DNA from: Anaerolineales bacterium
GTDB taxonomy: Bacteria; Chloroflexota; Anaerolineae; Anaerolineales; E44-bin32
Assembly (NCBI GenBank): GCA_029210945.1
Contig: JARGGH010000018.1
Location: forward strand, 148-64,147
Direction: 5' to 3'
DNA: 64,000 nt
Under the pieces are notes generated by a model. The model saw only the letters and a list, made by a program, of their open reading frames with translations. It had not been told where the DNA came from and did no database searches. Position numbers and translations under genes: made by a program. How positions within the stretch are numbered: the stretch's first letter is position 1; each line of letters opens with the position of its first letter. Shown here piece by piece: positions 19,348 to 27,404 of this stretch.

Positions 19348-21567
19348 TTAAAGTTTTCCTAACCCTTTGAGGATCCTCTCGGCGGTCAGCGGAAAATCAT
19401 CGAACCAGACACCCACGGCGTCATGCACCGCAGCCGTGATCGCCGGGGCGAGCGGGATAAATGGCATCTCGGCCATCCCGCGCGCCCCCCACGGGCCGAT
19501 CGGATCAGGAATCTCCAGGATGACGGACTGCACCCGATCGGGGATATCGAGGATCGTCGGAATTAAGTAGGTCGACATCTGGTCGGTCTGTACGTAGCCG
19601 CCCTCCTGCTTGAAATCCTCCAGCACGGCGTAGCCCGCAGCCTGAACGACGCCACCTTCGATCTGCCCTTCGACCTGCTGGGGATTGAGCGCTTTGCCGA
19701 CATCATTCGCCGAGACCACATCGATGATTTGCAGTTCCCCCGTTTCGGTGTCCACCTCAACGGTTACCGTCTGGGCGACGTAGCCGTACGCAAAGTTAGG
19801 GTTGGATTCGCCCGTCTCTGGATCCAGCGGCGTCGTCGCCGGGGGCTTGTATTCATACTTCGCGATCGCCGGTCGTTCCTCGCCGCGCCATTTCTCAAGC
19901 GCGGCCTCGGCTGCGCCGCGAATCGCGTTGCCCGACATGAACGTCATGCGCGAGGCGGAGGATGAACCCGAATTACCCGTCGTGGCGGTGTCGGACACGA
20001 TCAGGCGAACTTTTTCAAGCGGCACACCGACCGCTTCGGCCGCCATCTGGGCCATCACGGTGTGAGCCCCCTGCCCGACATCTGCCCCCGCCTGATGGAG
20101 CACGACCTCTTCAATCTCAGAACCTCCGTGAAGCTCAATCTCAGCCCAAGCACGCTCCGGGGCGCCAAACGAAAAACCGACGTTTTTAAAGCCGCAGGCA
20201 AAGCCGATGCCGCGCATCCGTGATCCCCGATCGACGACGTCGGCCTGCGGATCGGAAGGCTTCAGCCAACCTGCATCGCTCTGCTCCCATCCTGCCTTCC
20301 TGGCGGCCGAGGCAACCACCTCGGTGATGCTCACGCCTTCAGGCAGCGGTGTGTTCACGGAGAGCAGCGAGCCTTCCCTGAGCAGGTTTCGCATGCGGAT
20401 TTCGACCGGATCGATGCCCAACGCTTCGGCGATTTTTTCCATCTGCGCTTCGGCTGCAAACGCGCCCTGCGGGCCGCCGAAACCGCGGAACGCGCCTCCG
20501 GGGATATGATTCGTATAAACGGAGTACGCATCGACATGGACATTCGGAATTTCATACGGACCGGTGCACATCAGTGTGGCATTGCCGAGCACCTTCGTCG
20601 AGGTATAGGCATAGGCACCGCCGTCCTGGATGACCTCCACCTCAGCGGCGGTGACGTGGCCTTCTCGATCTGCGCCCCACTTCGCACGCAGGACAAATGG
20701 ATGGCGTTTATGATGACCGAAGATCGACTCTTGACGGGACCAGACGATCTTGACCGGGCGATCCACGCCGCGCTCGTGCAGCCGCATGACCGCCAGCGCC
20801 AGCACGATTTGAACCGACAGATCTTCCCGGCCTCCAAACGCCCCGCCGATCGCCGGGTAGATTACGCGGATTTTCTCCAATGACACGCCCAGCGCATGGG
20901 CGATCTGCTCCTGATCCTCATGCGTCCATTGGCCGGCGACCTCCACCGTGATCCGGTCTTCTTCATCGATATACGCCAGCCCCGCCTCCGGCTGCAGGTA
21001 GGCATGTTCCTGCGCCGGCGTGTGGTACTCAGATTCTACAGCCACGGCGGCATCCTCAAATGCCTTCCCCACATCGCCTTTGCGTATCCGGTAGTGGCAG
21101 AAAACATTGCTCTTATTATCCGGGTGCACCATCTCGCTTGAAGCCTGCATCGCTTCGACCGGATCGAGCACGACCGGCAAATCTTCGAATTCCACGACGA
21201 TCTCGCCAAGCGCCTTTTCCGCGATCGCCTCGCTCTCCGCCACGACAACTGCGATCTGATCACCGACGAAACGCACCCGGTCTGCGTAGGGTTTCTCAGA
21301 ACCCGGACCGCAGAGAACGGGCTGATCCGGCATGATCAAACCGTATTCGTTTACCGGAACGTCGCCGGCGGTCAGAACGCAGAGCACACCCTCCACAGCC
21401 TCCGCCCCCGAGACGTCGAGGTGAGTGATGCGCGCGTGCGGGCGCCCGGCAAAGAGGATTTTCATGTGCGCCTGATCCGGCCGGTTAAGATCGCCAGGAA
21501 AGAGCGTCTCGCCCGTCACTTTGCCGTGGGCGTCGATGCGCAGTGATGATTCGCCAATCAGCGTCAT
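19348..21567 (-). CDS. Xanthine dehydrogenase-family molybdopterin-binding subunit
   Basis: GGAFGGR, GAFRGFG, GQIEGG, GARGMAE motifs. Confidence 0.94.
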   Translation of the reverse strand: MTLIGESSLRIDAHGKVTGETLFPGDLNRPDQAHMKILFAGRPHARITHLDVSGAEAVEGVLCVLTAGDVPVNEYGLIMPDQPVLCGPGSEKPYADRVRFVGDQIAVVVAESEAIAEKALGEIVVEFEDLPVVLDPVEAMQASSEMVHPDNKSNVFCHYRIRKGDVGKAFEDAAVAVESEYHTPAQEHAYLQPEAGLAYIDEEDRITVEVAGQWTHEDQEQIAHALGVSLEKIRVIYPAIGGAFGGREDLSVQIVLALAVMRLHERGVDRPVKIVWSRQESIFGHHKRHPFVLRAKWGADREGHVTAAEVEVIQDGGAYAYTSTKVLGNATLMCTGPYEIPNVHVDAYSVYTNHIPGGAFRGFGGPQGAFAAEAQMEKIAEALGIDPVEIRMRNLLREGSLLSVNTPLPEGVSITEVVASAARKAGWEQSDAGWLKPSDPQADVVDRGSRMRGIGFACGFKNVGFSFGAPERAWAEIELHGGSEIEEVVLHQAGADVGQGAHTVMAQMAAEAVGVPLEKVRLIVSDTATTGNSGSSSASRMTFMSGNAIRGAAEAALEKWRGEERPAIAKYEYKPPATTPLDPETGESNPNFAYGYVAQTVTVEVDTETGELQIIDVVSANDVGKALNPQQVEGQIEGGVVQAAGYAVLEDFKQEGGYVQTDQMSTYLIPTILDIPDRVQSVILEIPDPIGPWGARGMAEMPFIPLAPAITAAVHDAVGVWFDDFPLTAERILKGLGKL

Positions 21568-21615
21568 TGCTTGCTCCTGTATTTCACAGATTTGGTTCCA
21601 GCGCGTGCCATGCCA

Positions 21616-23322
21616 TCATGAACGCAGCTGTTCGATCTCCAGGTTAAATATGCGCCGCAATATTGCGACGCTGGTTGCATAGGTCGGGTCCATCCCGAAG
21701 TAGGAAAGTGAGCCCGCTCCCAAGTTCAGGCCCCTTGTTAGCGGCGTGTCCGAGGCGTAGTGCAGGATGCCCAGATCGAAAGGCAAGCCGTACAGATTGA
21801 CGATCTCATTCGTCGGGTATCGCTTCGGACGGAATAATTCGTAGACGCTCGAGAGATACGGACCTGCTTCCATCTCAATATCGGTGTAGCCTTCGCGATA
21901 GAAAACATCCATGTACTGGGGTGTTTGCAGGAAGGTCCCGCGCACACTGACCGCCTTCTGGTTGTCAAGCACGGTCCCATATACCAGCTCATCACGAATG
22001 TCGCCGGCATTGAATGAGTTTTTAAAAAGGTAGGTGTTCTGTGAGTGCTCGTCATGCACGACCGAGGGGATCATCACATCGCCGAGCACACCGTTCAGGA
22101 TGGCGGCTTTGCCCATGATGTACACGCCGCGCATCTCGCCAAAGCGCGTGGCGATATGCGAGAGGATGACATAAGCCGCCATGCCCAACGGGTAATCAAT
22201 GTTCACGATCAAGGCCTCGCTCCTGGCCAATTCCTCATACCCCGGGACCTGAAGGCGCGGGTCAATACGATCCGGGATCATGTCCCGCAGCGAGAAGACC
22301 TGCACCTCAACATCGAAACCCGTTTGGCTGTGTACCCGCCTGACACCGGCCTCGATCTCCGCCTGTGCTCGATCAAGCCGCGCTTGTTTGCCGGCTTCTG
22401 AACGAACGAATTTCTTGAGCACGTAGTATAAGAAGTTCTCGCGGCTGGAAGGGACCTCTCGCGCCTTGATGTCCTCCCATTCAACCAGCAAATCGCGGCA
22501 CTCCGGTTCCTCCAGGTAGCGAACGAGATCTTCCTCGTGCCGCAAAGCGTAGCCGGAGATTAGATTGACAATGCTGTGGCCGTTGCTGGAGACAAAATAC
22601 ACGGGGCGATCCATCACCGAAGGGACCGCAGCTTCCACCTGCTCCCACCAGGTCTGTGTCGCCTGCCGGTAATCCATCAAAGAGCCCGCGAGCAGCCGTA
22701 AGCGGAACCGCTTCTCGTGGTCTGCAATAGCCTGCAGGGTCTTCCAGAAATCAGCCTCCCAGACTGTGCGCAGGCGTGCAACCTCCTCCGCTTCGATCCC
22801 AATCCCGGTCGCCAGAACCGCCAGCCCTTCTTCCGAATCGAGCGGGGATTCGAGGAATTTCCGGACCTGCTCACCCTGCAGCAGCCGGTGCAGTTTGTTC
22901 CACTCGATCTGGTACGCGGTGAGGACCGGCACCATGTCATCAATGTCCGAACGGCTGCCGATATAGCACGCCAGCGTCGATTCACCATCGAAGAAACTGC
23001 GGCGGCGGCGCGCTTTCGCGGCGACTTCCTGCCACGTCTCAATATCCCCGATGCCCCGCTTAATAAATGCCCACAGACTCTGCCCGAGCACCACCCGGTC
23101 CACATCGACGATGCACTCTGGCAAACGCAGCGAGCTGTAAATCAAAGCAGAGATATCCGGCGTCAGCGCGCGCGCTGCAAGGTGCAGCGATGAACCCATA
23201 TTGGCGTGTACTTCTTCCAGGGAACGTACGCTCACATCGGTCGTCGAGCGCAGCAGCGAGTAGTACGTGCGGATATAGAGTTCGATCTCTTCAGAGCCCG
23301 TCCGGGGGACTTGTCGGTCCAT
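21616..23322 (-). CDS. DUF6909-like protein with nucleoside phosphorylase/nucleosidase-like C-terminus
   Basis: IELYIRTYYSLLRS N-terminus; C-terminal MGKAA..GDVMIP, DIEMEAG, HYASDTP. Confidence 0.7.
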   Translation of the reverse strand: MDRQVPRTGSEEIELYIRTYYSLLRSTTDVSVRSLEEVHANMGSSLHLAARALTPDISALIYSSLRLPECIVDVDRVVLGQSLWAFIKRGIGDIETWQEVAAKARRRRSFFDGESTLACYIGSRSDIDDMVPVLTAYQIEWNKLHRLLQGEQVRKFLESPLDSEEGLAVLATGIGIEAEEVARLRTVWEADFWKTLQAIADHEKRFRLRLLAGSLMDYRQATQTWWEQVEAAVPSVMDRPVYFVSSNGHSIVNLISGYALRHEEDLVRYLEEPECRDLLVEWEDIKAREVPSSRENFLYYVLKKFVRSEAGKQARLDRAQAEIEAGVRRVHSQTGFDVEVQVFSLRDMIPDRIDPRLQVPGYEELARSEALIVNIDYPLGMAAYVILSHIATRFGEMRGVYIMGKAAILNGVLGDVMIPSVVHDEHSQNTYLFKNSFNAGDIRDELVYGTVLDNQKAVSVRGTFLQTPQYMDVFYREGYTDIEMEAGPYLSSVYELFRPKRYPTNEIVNLYGLPFDLGILHYASDTPLTRGLNLGAGSLSYFGMDPTYATSVAILRRIFNLEIEQLRS

Positions 23323-23324
23323 GA

Positions 23325-23705
23325 TTAGCTCTTGCGCCGTCTCGGTCTGTTCGGCCGGCGTCTTGGTGGGGACGCATCCACTTCCGTCGGTTTAATCGGG
23401 AAGAGCAGCGCATAAATAAATGACAGCAAACCGTAGCTCAAAAGTAGGAACAGGAACGCGATGATCAGCCGCAGCAACAAACCGTCGCCCAGAAACGGTG
23501 CGAAGTCCGGGTTATAAGCCTCGTAAGGGAGGTTAATCCAGCCGTTCGTCGCGTTGGCGCGCACGAACCATCCCGCAAAGAAATAACCTCCCACAGAAAA
23601 ACCCGCGATAATCAGGCAGCCAACCCCGCGCCAGATCGGGTTGATCTGCCCCCTCATCTCCCGCTCTTTATCCAATTGCCGGTATCGAAAGGTGTCTCGT
23701 CCCAT
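23325..23705 (-). CDS. Small hypothetical membrane protein
   Basis: GGAGG RBS before MGRDTF; INPIWRGVGC, 2 TM, basic tail. Confidence 0.75.
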   Translation of the reverse strand: MGRDTFRYRQLDKEREMRGQINPIWRGVGCLIIAGFSVGGYFFAGWFVRANATNGWINLPYEAYNPDFAPFLGDGLLLRLIIAFLFLLLSYGLLSFIYALLFPIKPTEVDASPPRRRPNRPRRRKS

Positions 23706-23762
23706 GTTTACCTCCCGCTTGTAAATCGACCGTTCAGGCGGATCGACGTACACATCGTCAGC

Positions 23763-25190
23763 TTAAGCCTGCTGGTCTTCTAAAAGCTGCGCAGCGCGCT
23801 CGAACGCCGCGACGATCTTGTAGTAACCGGTGCAACGGCACAAGTTGCCCGTGATCGACTGTTTGATTGCATCCAGGTCAGGGTCAGGACGCTCCTCGAG
23901 CAGCTTCGCCCCTGACATCAGGAATCCAGGCGTGCAGTAACCGCACTGAACAGCCCCCTCCTGAATGAAGCTCTGTTGGATGGGATGAAGTTCCCCGTCC
24001 GGGGCGAGCCCTTCGATCGTCACGATCTCAGCGTTGTGCGCCCTTGGTGCAGGCACCAGGCACGCCATCACGGCAGCGCCATCCAGATACACAGTGCATG
24101 CGCCGCACTCACCCTCCGCACAACCCTCTTTTGTCCCGGTCAGGTGACCTTCTTCACGCAGCAAGCGCAGCAGCGTCTTCTCATGACCGCTTTCAAACCG
24201 GTAGGGCTGCCCGTTGATCGTCGTCTCAATCGGGGTGCCGGATCGATGCTCATAGGTGCTCTTGATCGGCTCAGTGATCATGGCGCGATTTGGCCCCCAA
24301 AGCATGACCGGCTTTTCGGGGATCACGCTGCGTTCGCTTCCCTCCGCGATACGTTTGAGCGCCCGGCGGGTGCACACCTCGACCATATAGCGCCGGTAAG
24401 CGGCCGAGCCGCGGATATCATCGATCGGCGCGGCGGCGTCCATCGCCAGGCGCGCTGCTTCTTGAATGTTTCCCTCGTCAAGCGGCTTGCCCTCCAGATA
24501 CTTTTCCGCTTCGACAGCGTGGACAATCCTGGGGGCGACCGACCCGAGCGTGATCTGAGCGGATTTGACGCCCCCGTCTGCCAGCACGACGACCACAGCC
24601 GCGTTCACGACGGAGATCGCCTGCGCCTTACGCAAGCCCAATTTATAGAAAGCGCTGCGCGATCCCTGCGGCGGGGCTGGAAAGGCGATGTCCACCAGGA
24701 TCTCGTCCGGCTGCATGACCGTCTTGCGCACGCCTTCGTAGAACTCGTTCAGGCGGACAACACGCTCAGCTTTTGTCGAGCGCAGCGTCACCTGGGCGTC
24801 GAGCGCAGTCAGCGGCGTGATCGCATCGTTTGCCGGCGAGGCGGTGATTAGATTGCCCGCAACGGTCGCCCGATTGCGGATCTGCGGTGCCCCGACCTCC
24901 CAGCAAGCATGTGCCAGGGCAAATGCATGTTCGCGGATCAGTTCAGACCCTGCGCAGTGGTTGTGCGTGACGAGAGGCCCAAGGTGGATCCACCCATCCT
25001 CGAGAGTGATCGAATCCAGCCCGGGGATGCGGGTGATATCGATCAATGTGTCCACCCCGGGCCGCACACCGCGTTCGAGTTCCAGGATAAGATCTGTCGA
25101 ACCGGCGATGATGCGCGCCTGCGGTCCTGCCTCCGCAAGCAGCTCAAGTGCACGGTCGAGATTGCTTGGAGTGTAATAACGCTTCCACAT
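23763..25190 (-). CDS. Mo-hydroxylase FAD subunit fused to C-terminal 2x[2Fe-2S] subunit
   Basis: IAGSTDL, GAPQIRNRATVAGN, then GTKEGCAEGECGAC, QCGYCTPG, NLCRCTGY. Confidence 0.93.
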   Translation of the reverse strand: MWKRYYTPSNLDRALELLAEAGPQARIIAGSTDLILELERGVRPGVDTLIDITRIPGLDSITLEDGWIHLGPLVTHNHCAGSELIREHAFALAHACWEVGAPQIRNRATVAGNLITASPANDAITPLTALDAQVTLRSTKAERVVRLNEFYEGVRKTVMQPDEILVDIAFPAPPQGSRSAFYKLGLRKAQAISVVNAAVVVVLADGGVKSAQITLGSVAPRIVHAVEAEKYLEGKPLDEGNIQEAARLAMDAAAPIDDIRGSAAYRRYMVEVCTRRALKRIAEGSERSVIPEKPVMLWGPNRAMITEPIKSTYEHRSGTPIETTINGQPYRFESGHEKTLLRLLREEGHLTGTKEGCAEGECGACTVYLDGAAVMACLVPAPRAHNAEIVTIEGLAPDGELHPIQQSFIQEGAVQCGYCTPGFLMSGAKLLEERPDPDLDAIKQSITGNLCRCTGYYKIVAAFERAAQLLEDQQA

Positions 25191-25211
25191 GAACGGCTCC
25201 CTTTGCCTCCT

Positions 25212-26015
25212 TTAATCGAGCTTCGGGTCGTGGCCCATGGGCTGACCCGTACCGCCCCGCTGATGCTGAATGATTTCGGCAAAAATACTCAAGGCGATCT
25301 CTTCGGGCGTCTCGGCGTTAATGTCCAGGCCCATCGGCGAGCTGACCTTTCGGAGATCCTCCTGCGGGACTCCTGCCTGCTGCAAGGCTTTCGCGGTGGT
25401 CTCCCACCTGCGCCGGGACCCGATGACACCGATGTAAGCTGCTGGTGATTCCAACAATTGTGGTAGAGCCTGCACATCGATTTCTACGCTGCGTGTCGTG
25501 AGCACGAGGAACGTGTTGGCGTGGATCTCGACATGCTTTGTGAGCGCATCCGGCTCACAGTGAACGAGCTCATCAGCCTCAGGGTTGGTACTCTCTGACG
25601 CGAACTCGACACGATCGTCGCAGACGACCACATGGTATCCGAGCCAGCGCCCGAGGTGCGCCAGGGCCTGACCCACATGCCCGGCCCCCAGGACGATCAA
25701 CTTCGGTGGGATCTGCACGGGTTCCACAAACACCTCCATCTCACCGCCGCACACCCCCACATCGCCCTCTGAAGGATCGCGGAACTCGTAGTTCACCAGC
25801 TCCGTCGCGCGGCTTTGAATGGCTTCAAGTGCGGTCTGGATCACGCGACTTTCCATCTCGCCGCCGCCGATCGTACCCTGCGTCGTTCCATCCGCAAAGA
25901 CGATCATCTTGCTGCCGGCGTGGCGCGGCACCGACCCCCGGGTGCGGATTACCGTCACCAGCGCCGCCGGCACACCACGTTCCTGTATGTCGGCCAGTTG
26001 ACGATACAAACCCAT
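25212..26015 (-). CDS. xdhC: XdhC/CoxI-family Moco insertion chaperone
   Basis: RGSVPR..GSKM, GTIGGG, CGG, GAGHVG, YIGVIGSRRR, AETPEEIALSI. Confidence 0.93.
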   Translation of the reverse strand: MGLYRQLADIQERGVPAALVTVIRTRGSVPRHAGSKMIVFADGTTQGTIGGGEMESRVIQTALEAIQSRATELVNYEFRDPSEGDVGVCGGEMEVFVEPVQIPPKLIVLGAGHVGQALAHLGRWLGYHVVVCDDRVEFASESTNPEADELVHCEPDALTKHVEIHANTFLVLTTRSVEIDVQALPQLLESPAAYIGVIGSRRRWETTAKALQQAGVPQEDLRKVSSPMGLDINAETPEEIALSIFAEIIQHQRGGTGQPMGHDPKLD

Positions 26016-27361
26016 CAGCGGTCCTCGAGCATCGCCAGGACGACCGGCAGCAGCTGCTTCTTTCTGGAAACCACCCCGCTCGCATCGAGCAAACCCTCAC
26101 CGAGACGCTTATAAGGCAGCTCTGACAAGACCGGCGGCGCCGAGTGCATCAGAATGCGGCTCGTCCCCTCAACGATGTCAGTGATCATCAGCATGGCGAA
26201 ATCCAAGCCGCGCTGTTCGATCAACGCCTTCAACGCCCCATCGAGCGGCGCCAAGTGCTCCTCAACCTCGACCAGATCGGTAACCTCCACCTGCGAGATC
26301 CCGAAGTGCATACCGGCCGCGTCGTAAATCTTCAAATCGCTCGTGATAACAGACATCGGATCGCGGGTCGACAGACCGGTACCAGCCTGGAGTAAACCCT
26401 TCCCGAAACTCTCGATCGTCTCGCCCTCAAGCGGTGACCCGCCGACGAACGCCCAGCGGGCAAGACGTTTGGCGGCGCGGTGGTCGCGGTCCGTCGTTGT
26501 CGGGGAGGTGAGCAGCAGCGTGTCGGAGAGGACACCTGCCAGCAGAAGCCCGGCCAGATCCGGTGGAGCTCCCATGCCGGCATCCTCGATCCGCTCGGAC
26601 ACAAGCGTGCTCGTGCTTCCGACCGGGTCAACCCGGAAACGGATCGGCAGGCGCGTGGGCGGGTTGCTCAAGCGGTGATGATCGAGCACCTCGAGCAGGT
26701 CCGCTTCATCCAGCGAGCGGATCGATTGCCCGACTTCATTATGATCGACCATAATCAGCTGCAGCCTTGGAGGGTTTAGCAGATCGCGCTGCCGGCAGAT
26801 CCCCTCATAGCGGCCATCCTCGCCCACAACCCAGAATTCGTTCCGTTCGCCGCGCAGCACGCGCGGGAGCGAGTCCCGGATGCGTGAACCCAGGCGGAAC
26901 TGGGGCACATTCTGGTCGGCTGCCTCGCCGCTTGGAAGGTCAAACAGCTGGGTCAGGTTCATATCTTCCAGCTCGGGGTTTACACCGACCAGATCGCTCA
27001 ACGACCGGAACAAGCTGAAGCCGGTGACCAACCCGAACGGTTTGCCGTCCGCCTCCACGACCGGGGCAACCGTGCCCGTGCGGTTGGCGATCGCCCACGC
27101 CTCCCGCAGCGGTCTGTCCGGCGTGACCGTGTCGAAACGCAGCGTCACCGACTCAAATCGTGGAGAGGCGTCGGTCAGCAGTTCCGGAGCAGTTAAACCG
27201 ACGCGGTCCAGCGCCCAGGCGGTCTGCGCGTTGACCGCCCCACCGCGCGCGGCGATGACTTCATCCTGCGATTTCTGCGCCCGGTACCACGCATACCCCA
27301 TCGCCGAGGCGATCGCGTCCGTATCCGGGTTGACATGTCCGATAACGTAAATGTCTGCCAT
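26015..27361 (-). CDS. ppaC: Family II (DHH) Mn-dependent inorganic pyrophosphatase with CBS-like insert
   Basis: GHVNPDTD, VDHNE, LDHH, LSDTL..SPTTT, VVSRKKQ. Confidence 0.88.
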   Translation of the reverse strand: MADIYVIGHVNPDTDAIASAMGYAWYRAQKSQDEVIAARGGAVNAQTAWALDRVGLTAPELLTDASPRFESVTLRFDTVTPDRPLREAWAIANRTGTVAPVVEADGKPFGLVTGFSLFRSLSDLVGVNPELEDMNLTQLFDLPSGEAADQNVPQFRLGSRIRDSLPRVLRGERNEFWVVGEDGRYEGICRQRDLLNPPRLQLIMVDHNEVGQSIRSLDEADLLEVLDHHRLSNPPTRLPIRFRVDPVGSTSTLVSERIEDAGMGAPPDLAGLLLAGVLSDTLLLTSPTTTDRDHRAAKRLARWAFVGGSPLEGETIESFGKGLLQAGTGLSTRDPMSVITSDLKIYDAAGMHFGISQVEVTDLVEVEEHLAPLDGALKALIEQRGLDFAMLMITDIVEGTSRILMHSAPPVLSELPYKRLGEGLLDASGVVSRKKQLLPVVLAMLEDR

Positions 27362-27404
27362 CAATACTCACTCTTCACTTGATCTCGGCACCTGGCGGAT
27401 TGCA

